Origin: Eledone cirrhosa
Taxonomy: Eukaryota
NCBI GenBank assembly: GCA_964016885.1
Contig: OZ024740.1
Coordinates: forward strand, 110,050,001 to 110,114,000
Direction: 5' to 3'
Length of the DNA stretch: 64,000 nucleotides
Position 1 is the stretch's first letter. Every line of letters begins with the position of its first letter. The notes under the pieces were generated by a model. That model ran no database searches and was not told the DNA's origin. It was given only the letters and a program-made list of their open reading frames with translations. Positions 30,001 through 45,000 of this stretch are shown here, one piece after another. The position numbers and the translations under genes are program-made.

Positions 30001-33000
30001 CAGTGTAAGATGAGTGTATTCTATTGTGGCACCACCACTACCACTTTACAGTGTGAGATGAGTGTATTCTATTGTGGCACCAGCAGCACCACTTTACAGT
30101 GTGAGCTGAGTGTATTCTATTGTGACACCAGCACCACCACTTTACAGTGTAAGATGAGTGTATTCTATTGTGCCACCACCACTACCACTTTACATTGTAA
30201 GCTGTATGTATTCTATTGTGGCACCAGTACTACCACTTTACAGTGTGAGATGAGTGTATTCTATCGTGGGACCAGCAGCACCACTTTACAGTGTGAGATG
30301 AGTGTATTCTATTGTGGTACCAGCACCACCACTCTATAGTGTGAGATGAGTGTATTCTATTGTGGCACCACCACTTTACAGTGTAATATGAGTGTATTCT
30401 ATTGTGGCACCACCACCACCACCACTTTGCAGTGTGAGATGAGTGTATTATATTGTGACACCTGTACTACCACTTTACAGTGTGAGATGAGTGTATTCTA
30501 TTGTCTCACCAGCACTACCATTTTACAGTGTGAGATGAGTGTATTCTATTGTGGCACCAGTACTACCACTTTGCAGTGTGAGCTGTATGTATTCTATTGT
30601 GGCACCAGTACTACCACTTTACAGTGTGAGATGAGTGTATTCTATTGTGGCACCAGTACTACCACTTTACAGTGTGAGATGAGTGTATTCTATTGTGGCA
30701 CCAGTACTAGCACTTTACAGTGTGAGATGAGTGTATTCTATTGTGGCACCAGCACTACCACTTTACAGTGTGAGATGAGTGTATTCTATTGTGGCACCAG
30801 CACTACCACTTTACAGTGTGAGATGAGTGTATTCTATTGTCTCACCAGCACTACCATTTTACAGTGTGAGATGAGTGTATTCTATTGTGGCACCAGTACT
30901 ACCACTTTGCAGTGTGAGCTGTATGTATTCTATTGTGGCACCAGTACTACCACTTTACAGTGTGAGATGAGTGTATTCTATTCTGGCACCAGTACTACCA
31001 CTTTACAGTGTGAGATGAGTGTATTCTATTGTGGCACCAGTACTACCACTTTACAGTGTGAGATGAGTGTATTCTATTGTGGCACCAGCACTACCACTTT
31101 ACAGTGTGAGATGAGTGTATTCTATTGTCTCACCAGCACTACCATTTTACAGTGTGAGATGTGTGTATTCTATTGTGGGACCAGCACTACCACTTTACAG
31201 TGTAAGATGAGTGTATTCTATTGTGGCACCACCACCACCACTTTACAGTGTAAGATGAGTGTATTCTATTGTGCCACCACCACCACCACTTTACAGTGTG
31301 AGATGAGTGTATTCTATTGTGGGACCAGAACTACCACTTTACAGTGTGAGATGAGTGTATTCTATTGTGGGACCACCACTACCAGTCTACAGTGTGAGAT
31401 GAGTGTATTCTATTGTGGCACCACCACTACGACTTTACAGTGTGAGATGAGTGTATTCTATTGTGGCATCAGTACTACCACTTTACAGTGTGAGATGAGT
31501 GTATTCTATTGTGGCACCAGTACTACTACTTTACAGTGTGAGATGAGTGTATTCTATTGTGGCACCAGCAGCACCACTTTACAGTGTGAGCTGAGTGTTT
31601 TCTATTGTGGGACCAGCACCACCACTTTACAATGTGAGATGAGTGTATTCTATTGTGGCACCAGCACTACCACTTTACAGTGTGAGATGAGTGTATTCTA
31701 TTGTGGCACCAGTACTACCACTTTACAGTGTAAGATGAGTGTATTCTATTGTGGCACCACCACCACCACTTTACAGTGTGAGATGAGTGTATTCTATTGT
31801 GGGACCAGTACTACCATTTTACAGTGTGAGATGAGTGTATTCTATTGTGGCACCAGCACTACCACTTTACAGTGTGAGATGAGTGTATTCTATTGTGGCA
31901 CCAGTACTACCACTTTACAGTGTGAGCTGTATGTATTCTATTGTGGCACCAGTACTACCATTTTACAGTGTGAGATGAGTGTATTCTATTGTGGCACCAG
32001 CACTACCACTTTACAGTGTGAGATGAGTGTATTCTATTGTGGCACCAGTACTACCACTTTACAGTGTGAGCTGTATGTATTCTATTGTGGCACCAGTACT
32101 ACCATTTTACAGTGTGAGATGAGTGTATTCTATTGTGGCACCAGCACTACCACTTTACAGTGTGAGATGAGTGTATTCTATTGTGGCACCAGCACTTTAC
32201 AGTGTGAGATGAGTGTATTCTATTGTGGCACCAGTACTACCACTTTACAGTGTGAGATGAGTGTATTCTATTGTGGAACCAGCACTACCACTTTACAGTG
32301 TGAGATGAGTGTATTCTATTGTGGCACCACCACTACCACTTTACAGTGTGAGATGAGTGTATTCTATTGTGGCACCACCACTACCCCTTTACAGTGTGAG
32401 ATGAGTGTATTCTATTGTGGCACCAGCACTTTACAGTGTGAGATGAGTGTATTCTATTGTGGCACCAGCACTTTACAGTGTGAGATGAGTGTATTCTATT
32501 GTGGCACCAGCACTACCACTTTACAGTGTGAGATGAGTGTATTCTATTGTGGCACCAGCACTACCACTTTACAGTGTGAGATGAGTGTATTCTATTGTGG
32601 CACCAGCACCACCACTTTACAGTGTGAGATGAGTGTATTCTATTGTGCCACCACCACTACCACTTTACAGTGTGAGATGAGTGTATTCTATTGTGGCACC
32701 AGCACCACCACTTTACAGTGTGAGATGAGTGTATTCTATTGTTCCACCACCACTACCACTTTACAGTGTGAGATGAGTGTATTCTATTGTGGCACCAGCA
32801 CTACCACTTTACAGTGTGAGATGAGTGTATTCTATTGTGCCACCACCACTACCACTTTACAGTGTGAGATGAGTGTATTCTATTGTGGCACCAGCACTAC
32901 CACTTTACAGTGTGAGATGAGTGTATTCTATTGTGGCACCACCACCACCACTTTACAGTGTGAGATGAGTGTATTCTATTGTGGCACCAGTACTACCACT

Positions 33001-36000
33001 TTACAGTGTAAGATGAGTGTATTCTATTGTGGCACCACCACCACCACTTTACAGTGTGAGATGAGTGTATTCTATTGTGGGACCAGTACTACCATTTTAC
33101 AGTGTGAGATGAGTGTATTCTATTGTGGCACCAGCACTACCACTTTACAGTGTGAGATGAGTGTATTCTATTGTGGCACCAGTACTACCACTTTACAGTG
33201 TGAGATGAGTGTATTCTATTGTGGCACCAGTACTACCACTTTACAGTGTGAGATGAGTGTATTCTATTGTGGCACCAGTACTACCACTTTACAGTGTGAG
33301 CTGTATGTATTCTATTGTGGCACCAGTACTACCATTTTACAGTGTGAGATGAGTGTATTCTATTGTGGCACCAGCACTACCACTTTACAGTGTGAGATGA
33401 GTGTATTCTATTGTGGCACCAGTACTACCACTTTACAGTGTGAGCTGTATGTATTCTATTGTGGCACCAGTACTACCATTTTACAGTGTGAGATGAGTGT
33501 ATTCTATTGTGGCACCAGCACTACCACTTTACAGTGTGAGATGAGTGTATTCTATTGTGGCACCAGCACTTTACAGTGTGAGATGAGTGTATTCTATTGT
33601 GGCACCAGTACTACCACTTTACAGTGTGAGATGAGTGTATTCTATTGTGGCACCAGCACTACCACTTTACAGTGTGAGATGAGTGTATTCTATTGTGGCA
33701 CCACCACTACCACTTTACAGTGTGAGATGAGTGTATTCTATTGTGGCACCACCACTACCCCTTTACAGTGTGAGATGAGTGTATTCTATTGTGGCACCAG
33801 CACTTTACAGTGTGAGATGAGTGTATTCTATTGTGGCACCAGCACTTTACAGTGTGAGATGAGTGTATTCTATTGTGGCACCAGCACTACCACTTTACAG
33901 TGTGAGATGAGTGTATTCTATTGTGGCACCAGCACTACCACTTTACAGTGTGAGATGAGTGTATTCTATTGTGGCACCAGCACCACCACTTTACAGTGTG
34001 AGATGAGTGTATTCTATTGTGCCACCACCACTACCACTTTACAGTGTGAGATGAGTGGATTCTATTGTGGCACCAGCACCACCACTTTACAGTGTGAGAT
34101 GAGTGTATTCTATTGTGCCACCACCACTACCAATTTACAGTGTGAGATGAGTGTATTCTATTGTGGCACCAGCACTACCACTTTACAGTGTGAGATGAGT
34201 GTATTCTATTGTGCCACCACCACTACCACTTTACAGTGTGAGATGAGCGTATTCTATTGTCGCACCAGCACTACCACCTTACAGTGTGAGATGAGTGTAT
34301 TCTATTGTGGCACCACCACTACCACTTTACAGTGTGAGATGAGTGTATTCTATTGTGGCACCACCACTACCACTTTACAGTGTGAGATGAGTGTATTCTA
34401 TTGTGGCACCAGCACTACCACTTTACAGTGTGAGATGAGTGTATTCTATTGTGGCACCACCACTACCCCTTTACAGTGTGAGATGAGTGTATTCTATTGT
34501 GGAACCACCACCACCACTTTACAGTGTGAGATGAGTGTATTCTATTGTGGCACCACCACCACCACTTTACAGTGTGAGATGAGTGTATTCTATTGTGGCA
34601 CCAGTACTACCATTTTACAGTGTGAGATGAGTGTATTCTATTGTGGCACCAGCACCACCAGTTTACAGTGTGAGATGAGTGTATTCTATTGTGGCACCAG
34701 CACCACCAGTTTACAGTGTGAGATGAGTGTATTCTATTGTGGCACCAGCACCACCAGTTTACAGTGTGAGATGAGTGTATTCCATTGTGGCACCAGTACT
34801 ACCACTTTACAGTGTGAGCTGTATGTATTCTATTGTGGCACCAGTACTACCACTTTACAGTGTGAGATGAGTGTATTCTATCGTGGAACCACCACCACCA
34901 CTTTACAGTGTGAGATGAGTGTATTCTATTGTGGCACCAGCACTACCACTTTACAGTGTGAGATGAGTGTATTCTATTGTGGAACCAGTACTACCACTTT
35001 ACAGTGTGAGATGAGTGTATTCTATTGTGGCACCACCACTACCACTTTACAGTGTAAGATGAGTGTATTCTATTGTGGCACCACCACTACCACTTTACAG
35101 TGTGAGATGAGTGTATTCTATTGTGGCACCAGCAGCACCACTTTACAGTGTGAGCTGAGTGTATTCTATTGTGACACCAGCACCACCACTTTACAGTGTA
35201 AGATGAGTGTATTCTATTGTGCCACCACCACTACCACTTTACATTGTAAGCTGTATGTATTCTATTGTGGCACCAGTACTACCACTTTACAGTGTGAGAT
35301 GAGTGTATTCTATCGTGGGACCAGCAGCACCACTTTACAGTGTGAGATGAGTGTATTCTATTGTGGTACCAGCACCACCACTCTATAGTGTGAGATGAGT
35401 GTATTCTATTGTGGCACCACCACTTTACAGTGTAATATGAGTGTATTCTATTGTGGCACCCTCACCACCACCACTTTGCAGTGTGAGATGAGTGTATTAT
35501 ATTGTGACACCTGTACTACCACTTTACAGTGTGAGATGAGTGTATTCTATTGTCTCACCAGCACTACCATTTTACAGTGTGAGATGAGTGTATTCTATTG
35601 TGGCACCAGTACTACCACTTTGCAGTGTGAGCTGTATGTATTCTATTGTGGCACCAGTACTACCACTTTACAGTGTGAGATGAGTGTATTCTATTGTGGC
35701 ACCAGTACTACCACTTTACAGTGTGAGATGAGTGTATTCTATTGTGGCACCAGTACTAGCACTTTACAGTGTGAGATGAGTGTATTCTATTGTGGCACCA
35801 GCACTACCACTTTACAGTGTGAGATGAGTGTATTCTATTGTGGCACCAGCACTACCACTTTACAGTGTGAGATGAGTGTATTCTATTGTCTCACCAGCAC
35901 TACCATTTTACAGTGTGAGATGAGTGTATTCTATTGTGGCACCAGTACTACCACTTTGCAGTGTGAGCTGTATGTATTCTATTGTGGCACCAGTACTACC

Positions 36001-39000
36001 ACTTTACAGTGTGAGATGAGTGTATTCTATTCTGGCACCAGTACTACCACTTTACAGTGTGAGATGAGTGTATTCTATTGTGGCACCAGTACTACCACTT
36101 TACAGTGTGAGATGAGTGTATTCTATTGTGGCACCAGCACTACCACTTTACAGTGTGAGATGAGTGTATTCTATTGTCTCACCAGCACTACCATTTTACA
36201 GTGTGAGATGTGTGTATTCTATTGTGGGACCAGCACTACCACTTTACAGTGTAAGATGAGTGTATTCTATTGTGGCACCACCACCACCACTTTACAGTGT
36301 AAGATGAGTGTATTCTATTGTGCCACCACCACCACCACTTTACAGTGTGAGATGAGTGTATTCTATTGTGGGACCAGAACTACCACTTTACAGTGTGAGA
36401 TGAGTGTATTCTATTGTGGGACCACCACTACCAGTCTACAGTGTGAGATGAGTGTATTCTATTGTGGCACCACCACTACGACTTTACAGTGTGAGATGAG
36501 TGTATTCTATTGTGCCACCACCACTACCACTTTACAGTTTGAGCTGTATGTATTCTATTGTCGCACCACAACCACCACTTTACAGTGTGAGCTGTTTGTA
36601 TTCTATTGTGGCACCAGTACTACCACTTTACAGTGTGAGATGAGTGTATTCTATTGTGGTACCAGTACTACCACTTTACAGTGTGAGATGAGTGTATTCT
36701 ATTGTGGCACCACCACTACCACTTTACAGTGTGAGATGAGTGAATTCTATTGTGGAACCACCACTACCACTTTACAGTGTGAGATGAGTGTATTCTATTG
36801 TGGCACCAGTACTACCACTTTACAGTGTGAGATGAGTGTATTCTATTGTGGCACCAGTACTACCACTTTACAGTGAGAGATGAGTGTATTCTATTGTGAC
36901 ACCACCACTACCACTTTACAGTGTGAGATGAGTGTATTCTATTGTGGCATCACAACTACCACTTTAGAGTGTGAGATGAGTGTATTCTATTGTGGTACCA
37001 GTACTACCACTTTACAGTGTGAGATGAGTGTATTCTATTGTGGAACCACCACCACCACTTTACAGTGTGAGATGAGTGAATTCTATTGTGGAACCACCAC
37101 CACCACTTTACAGTGTGAGATGAGTGAATTCTATTGTGGCACCACCACTACCACTTTACAGTGTGAGATGAGTGTATTCTATTGTGGGACCACCACTACC
37201 ACTTTACAGTGTAATATGAGTGTATTCTATTGTGGCACGACCACCACCACTTTACAGTGTGAGATGAGTGTATTATATTGTGACACCTGTACTACCACTT
37301 TACAGTGTAATATGAGTGTATTCTATTGTGGCACAACCACTACCACTTTACAGTGTGAGATGAGTGTATTCTATTGCGGCACCACCACTACCACTTTACA
37401 GTGTGAAATGAGTGTATTCTATTGTGTCACCAGTACTACCATTTTACAGTGTGAGATGAGTGTATTCTATTGTGGCACCAGTACTACCACTTTACAGTGT
37501 AAGATGAGTGTATTCTATTGTGGCACCACCACCACCACTTTACAGTGTGAGATGAGTGTATTCTATTGTGGGACCAGTACTACCATTTTACAGTGTGAGA
37601 TGAGTGTATTCTATTGTGGCACCAGCACTACCACTTTACAGTGTGAGATGAGTGTATTCTATTGTGGCACCAGTACTACCACTTTACAGTGTGAGCTGTA
37701 TGTATTCTATTGTGGCACCAGTACTACCATTTTACAGTGTGAGATGAGTGTATTCTATTGTGGCACCAGCACTACCACTTTACAGTGTGAGATGAGTGTA
37801 TTCTATTGTGGCACCAGTACTACCACTTTACAGTGTGAGCTGTATGTATTCTATTGTGGCACCAGTACTACCATTTTACAGTGTGAGATGAGTGTATTCT
37901 ATTGTGGCACCAGCACTACCACTTTACAGTGTGAGATGAGTGTATTCTATTGTGGCACCAGCACTTTACAGTGTGAGATGAGTGTATTCTATTGTGGCAC
38001 CAGTACTACCACTTTACAGTGTGAGATGAGTGTATTCTATTGTGGAACCAGCACTACCACTTTACAGTGTGAGATGAGTGTATTCTATTGTGGCACCACC
38101 ACTACCACTTTACAGTGTGAGATGAGTGTATTCTATTGTGGCACCACCACTACCCCTTTACAGTGTGAGATGAGTGTATTCTATTGTGGCACCAGCACTT
38201 TACAGTGTGAGATGAGTGTATTCTATTGTGGCACCAGCACTTTACAGTGTGAGATGAGTGTATTCTATTGTGGCACCAGCACTACCACTTTACAGTGTGA
38301 GATGAGTGTATTCTATTGTGGCACCAGCACTACCACTTTACAGTGTGAGATGAGTGTATTCTATTGTGGCACCAGCACCACCACTTTACAGTGTGAGATG
38401 AGTGTATTCTATTGTGCCACCACCACTACCACTTTACAGTGTGAGATGAGTGTATTCTATTGTGGCACCAGCACCACCACTTTACAGTGTGAGATGAGTG
38501 TATTCTATTGTTCCACCACCACTACCACTTTACAGTGTGAGATGAGTGTATTCTATTGTGGCACCACCACTACCACTTTACAGTGTGAGATGAGTGTATT
38601 CTATTGTGCCACCACCACTACCACTTTACAGTGTGAGATGAGTGTATTCTATTGTGGCACCAGCACTACCACTTTACAGTGTGAGATGAGTGTATTCTAT
38701 TGTGGCACCACCACCACCACTTTACAGTGTGAGATGAGTGTATTCTATTGTGGCACCAGTACTACCACTTTACAGTGTAAGATGAGTGTATTCTATTGTG
38801 GCACCACCACCACCACTTTACAGTGTGAGATGAGTGTATTCTATTGTGGGACCAGTACTACCATTTTACAGTGTGAGATGAGTGTATTCTATTGTGGCAC
38901 CAGCACTACCACTTTACAGTGTGAGATGAGTGTATTCTATTGTGGCACCAGTACTACCACTTTACAGTGTGAGATGAGTGTATTCTATTGTGGCACCAGT

Positions 39001-42000
39001 ACTACCACTTTACAGTGTGAGATGAGTGTATTCTATTGTGGCACCAGTACTACCACTTTACAGTGTGAGCTGTATGTATTCTATTGTGGCACCAGTACTA
39101 CCATTTTACAGTGTGAGATGAGTGTATTCTATTGTGGCACCAGCACTACCACTTTACAGTGTGAGATGAGTGTATTCTATTGTGGCACCAGTACTACCAC
39201 TTTACAGTGTGAGCTGTATGTATTCTATTGTGGCACCAGTACTACCATTTTACAGTGTGAGATGAGTGTATTCTATTGTGGCACCAGCACTACCACTTTA
39301 CAGTGTGAGATGAGTGTATTCTATTGTGGCACCAGCACTTTACAGTGTGAGATGAGTGTATTCTATTGTGGCACCAGTACTACCACTTTACAGTGTGAGA
39401 TGAGTGTATTCTATTGTGGCACCAGCACTACCACTTTACAGTGTGAGATGAGTGTATTCTATTGTGGCACCACCACTACCACTTTACAGTGTGAGATGAG
39501 TGTATTCTATTGTGGCACCACCACTACCCCTTTACAGTGTGAGATGAGTGTATTCTATTGTGGCACCAGCACTTTACAGTGTGAGATGAGTGTATTCTAT
39601 TGTGGCACCAGCACTTTACAGTGTGAGATGAGTGTATTCTATTGTGGCACCAGCACTACCACTTTACAGTGTGAGATGAGTGTATTCTATTGTGGCACCA
39701 GCACTACCACTTTACAGTGTGAGATGAGTGTATTCTATTGTGGCACCAGCACCACCACTTTACAGTGTGAGATGAGTGTATTCTATTGTGCCACCACCAC
39801 TACCACTTTACAGTGTGAGATGAGTGTATTCTATTGTGGCACCAGCACTACCACTTTACAGTGTGAGATGAGTGTATTCTATTGTGCCACCACCACTACC
39901 ACTTTACAGTGTGAGATGAGCGTATTCTATTGTCGCACCAGCACTACCACCTTACAGTGTGAGATGAGTGTATTCTATTGTGGCACCACCACTACCACTT
40001 TACAGTGTGAGATGAGTGTATTCTATTGTGGCACCACCACTACCACTTTACAGTGTGAGATGAGTGTATTCTATTGTGGCACCAGCACTACCACTTTACA
40101 GTGTGAGATGAGTGTATTCTATTGTGGCACCACCACTACCCCTTTACAGTGTGAGATGAGTGTATTCTATTGTGGAACCACCACCACCACTTTACAGTGT
40201 GAGATGAGTGTATTCTATTGTGGCACCACCACCACCACTTTACAGTGTGAGATGAGTGTATTCTATTGTGGCACCAGTACTACCATTTTACAGTGTGAGA
40301 TGAGTGTATTCTATTGTGGCACCAGCACCACCAGTTTACAGTGTGAGATGAGTGTATTCTATTGTGGCACCAGCACCACCAGTTTACAGTGTGAGATGAG
40401 TGTATTCTATTGTGGCACCAGCACCACCAGTTTACAGTGTGAGATGAGTGTATTCCATTGTGGCACCAGTACTACCACTTTACAGTGTGAGCTGTATGTA
40501 TTCTATTGTGGCACCAGTACTACCACTTTACAGTGTGAGATGAGTGTATTCTATCGTGGAACCACCACCACCACTTTACAGTGTGAGATGAGTGTATTCT
40601 ATTGTGGCACCAGCACTACCACTTTACAGTGTGAGATGAGTGTATTCTATTGTGGAACCAGTACTACCACTTTACAGTGTGAGATGAGTGTATTCTATTG
40701 TGGCACCACCACTACCACTTTACAGTGTAAGATGAGTGTATTCTATTGTGGCACCACCACTACCACTTTACAGTGTGAGATGAGTGTATTCTATTGTGGC
40801 ACCAGCAGCACCACTTTACAGTGTGAGCTGAGTGTATTCTATTGTGACACCAGCACCACCACTTTACAGTGTAAGATGAGTGTATTCTATTGTGCCACCA
40901 CCACTACCACTTTACATTGTAAGCTGTATGTATTCTATTGTGGCACCAGTACTACCACTTTACAGTGTGAGATGAGTGTATTCTATCGTGGGACCAGCAG
41001 CACCACTTTACAGTGTGAGATGAGTGTATTCTATTGTGGTACCAGCACCACCACTCTATAGTGTGAGATGAGTGTATTCTATTGTGGCACCACCACTTTA
41101 CAGTGTAATATGAGTGTATTCTATTGTGGCACCACCACCACCACCACTTTGCAGTGTGAGATGAGTGTATTATATTGTGACACCTGTACTACCACTTTAC
41201 AGTGTGAGATGAGTGTATTCTATTGTCTCACCAGCACTACCATTTTACAGTGTGAGATGAGTGTATTCTATTGTGGCACCAGTACTACCACTTTGCAGTG
41301 TGAGCTGTATGTATTCTATTGTGGCACCAGTACTACCACTTTACAGTGTGAGATGAGTGTATTCTATTGTGGCACCAGTACTACCACTTTACAGTGTGAG
41401 ATGAGTGTATTCTATTGTGGCACCAGTACTAGCACTTTACAGTGTGAGATGAGTGTATTCTATTGTGGCACCAGCACTACCACTTTACAGTGTGAGATGA
41501 GTGTATTCTATTGTGGCACCAGCACTACCACTTTACAGTGTGAGATGAGTGTATTCTATTGTCTCACCAGCACTACCATTTTACAGTGTGAGATGAGTGT
41601 ATTCTATTGTGGCACCAGTACTACCACTTTGCAGTGTGAGCTGTATGTATTCTATTGTGGCACCAGTACTACCACTTTACAGTGTGAGATGAGTGTATTC
41701 TATTCTGGCACCAGTACTACCACTTTACAGTGTGAGATGAGTGTATTCTATTGTGGCACCAGTACTACCACTTTACAGTGTGAGATGAGTGTATTCTATT
41801 GTGGCACCAGCACTACCACTTTACAGTGTGAGATGAGTGTATTCTATTGTCTCACCAGCACTACCATTTTACAGTGTGAGATGTGTGTATTCTATTGTGG
41901 GACCAGCACTACCACTTTACAGTGTAAGATGAGTGTATTCTATTGTGGCACCACCACCACCACTTTACAGTGTAAGATGAGTGTATTCTATTGTGCCACC

Positions 42001-45000
42001 ACCACCACCACTTTACAGTGTGAGATGAGTGTATTCTATTGTGGGACCAGAACTACCACTTTACAGTGTGAGATGAGTGTATTCTATTGTGGGACCACCA
42101 CTACCAGTCTACAGTGTGAGATGAGTGTATTCTATTGTGGCACCACCACTACGACTTTACAGTGTGAGATGAGTGTATTCTATTGTGCCACCACCACTAC
42201 CACTTTACAGTTTGAGCTGTATGTATTCTATTGTCGCACCACAACCACCACTTTACAGTGTGAGCTGTTTGTATTCTATTGTGGCACCAGTACTACCACT
42301 TTACAGTGTGAGATGAGTGTATTCTATTGTGGTACCAGTACTACCACTTTACAGTGTGAGATGAGTGTATTCTATTGTGGCACCACCACTACCACTTTAC
42401 AGTGTGAGATGAGTGAATTCTATTGTGGAACCACCACTACCACTTTACAGTGTGAGATGAGTGTATTCTATTGTGGCACCAGTACTACCACTTTACAGTG
42501 TGAGATGAGTGTATTCTATTGTGGCACCAGTACTACCACTTTACAGTGAGAGATGAGTGTATTCTATTGTGACACCACCACTACCACTTTACAGTGTGAG
42601 ATGAGTGTATTCTATTGTGGCATCACAACTACCACTTTAGAGTGTGAGATGAGTGTATTCTATTGTGGTACCAGTACTACCACTTTACAGTGTGAGATGA
42701 GTGTATTCTATTGTGGAACCACCACCACCACTTTACAGTGTGAGATGAGTGAATTCTATTGTGGAACCACCACCACCACTTTACAGTGTGAGATGAGTGA
42801 ATTCTATTGTGGCACCACCACTACCACTTTACAGTGTGAGATGAGTGTATTCTATTGTGGGACCACCACTACCACTTTACAGTGTAATATGAGTGTATTC
42901 TATTGTGGCACGACCACCACCACTTTACAGTGTGAGATGAGTGTATTATATTGTGACACCTGTACTACCACTTTACAGTGTAATATGAGTGTATTCTATT
43001 GTGGCACAACCACTACCACTTTACAGTGTGAGATGAGTGTATTCTATTGCGGCACCACCACTACCACTTTACAGTGTGAAATGAGTGTATTCTATTGTGT
43101 CACCAGTACTACCATTTTACAGTGTGAGATGAGTGTATTATATTGTGGCACCAGTACTACCACTTTACAGTGTAAGATGAGTGTATTCTATTGTGGCACC
43201 ACCACCACCACTTTACAGTGTGAGATGAGTGTATTCTATTGTGGGACCAGTACTACAATTTTACAGTGTGAGATGAGTGTATTCTATTGTGGCACCAGCA
43301 CCACCACTTTACAGTGTGAGATGAGTGTATTCTATTGTGGCACCAGTACTACCACTTTACAGTGTGAGCTGTATGTATTCTATTGTGGCACCAGTACTAC
43401 CATTTTAAAGTGTGAGATGAGTGTATTCTATTGTGGCACCAGCACCACCACTTTACAGTGTGAGATGAGTGTATTCTATTGTGGCACCAGCACTACCACT
43501 TTACAGTGTGAGATGAGTGTATTCTATTGTGGCACCAGCACTTTACAGTGTGAGATAAGTGTATTCTATTGTGGCACCAGCACCACCACTTTACAGTGTG
43601 AGATGAGTGTATTCTATTGTGGCACCAGCACTACCACTTTACAGTGTGAGATGAGTGTATTCTATTGTGGCACCAGCACTTTACAGTGTGAGATGAGTGT
43701 ATTCTATTGTGGCACCAGTACTACCACTTTACAGTGTGAGATGAGTGTATTCCATTGTGGCACCAGCAGTACCACTTTACAGTGTGAGATGAGTGTATTC
43801 CATTGTGGAACCACCACCACCACTTTACAGTGTGAGATGAGTGTATTCTATTGTGGCACCACTTTACAGTGTGAGCTGTATGTATTCCATTGTGGCACCA
43901 GCAGTACCACTTTACAGTGTGAGATGAGTGTATTCTATTGTGGAACCACCACCACCACTTTACAGTGTGAGATGAGTGTATTCTATTGTGGCACCACCAC
44001 TACCACTTTACAGTGTGAAATGAGTGTATTCTATTGTGGCACCACCACTACCCCTTTACAGTGTGAGATGAGTGTATTCTATTGTGGCACCACCACTTCC
44101 ACTTTACAGTGTGAGATGAGTGTATTCTATTGTGGCACCAGTACTACCACTTTACAGTGTAATATGAGTGTATTCTATTGTGGCACCACCACCACCACTT
44201 TACAGTGTGAGATGAGTGTATTCTATTGTGGCACCAGTACTACCATTTTACAGTGTGAGATGAGTGTATTCTATTGTGGCACCAGCACCACCACTTTACA
44301 GTGTGAGATGAGTGTATTCTATTGTGGCACCAGCACTACCACTTTACAGTGTGAGATGAGTGTATTATATTGTGGCACCAGTACTACCACTTTACAGTGT
44401 GAGATGAGTGTATTCTATTGTGGCACCAGTACTACCACTTTACAGTATGAGATGAGTGTATTCTATTGTGGCACCAGCACTTTACAGTGTGAGATGAGTG
44501 TATTCTATTGTGGCACCAGCACTTTACAGTGTGAGATGAGTGTATTCTATTGTGGCACCAGCACCACCACTTTACAATGTGAGATGAGTGTATTCTATTG
44601 TGGCACCACCACCACCACTTTACAGTGTAAGATGAGTGTATTCTATTGTGCCACCACCACTACCACTTTACATTGTGAGCTGTATGTATTCTATTGTGGC
44701 ACCAGTACTACCATTTTACAGTGTGAGCTGTATGTATTCTATTGTGGCACCAGTACTACCACTTTACAGTGTGAGCTGTATGTATTCTATTGTGGCACCA
44801 GTACTACCATTTTACAGTGTGAGATGAGTGTATTCTATTGTGGCACCAGCACCACCACTTTACAGTGTGAGATGAGTGTATTCTATTGTGGCACCAGCAC
44901 TACCACTTTACAGTGTGAGATGAGTGTATTCTATTGTGGCACCAGCACTTTACAGTGTGAGATGAGTGTATTCTATTGTGGCACCAGTACTACCACTTTA

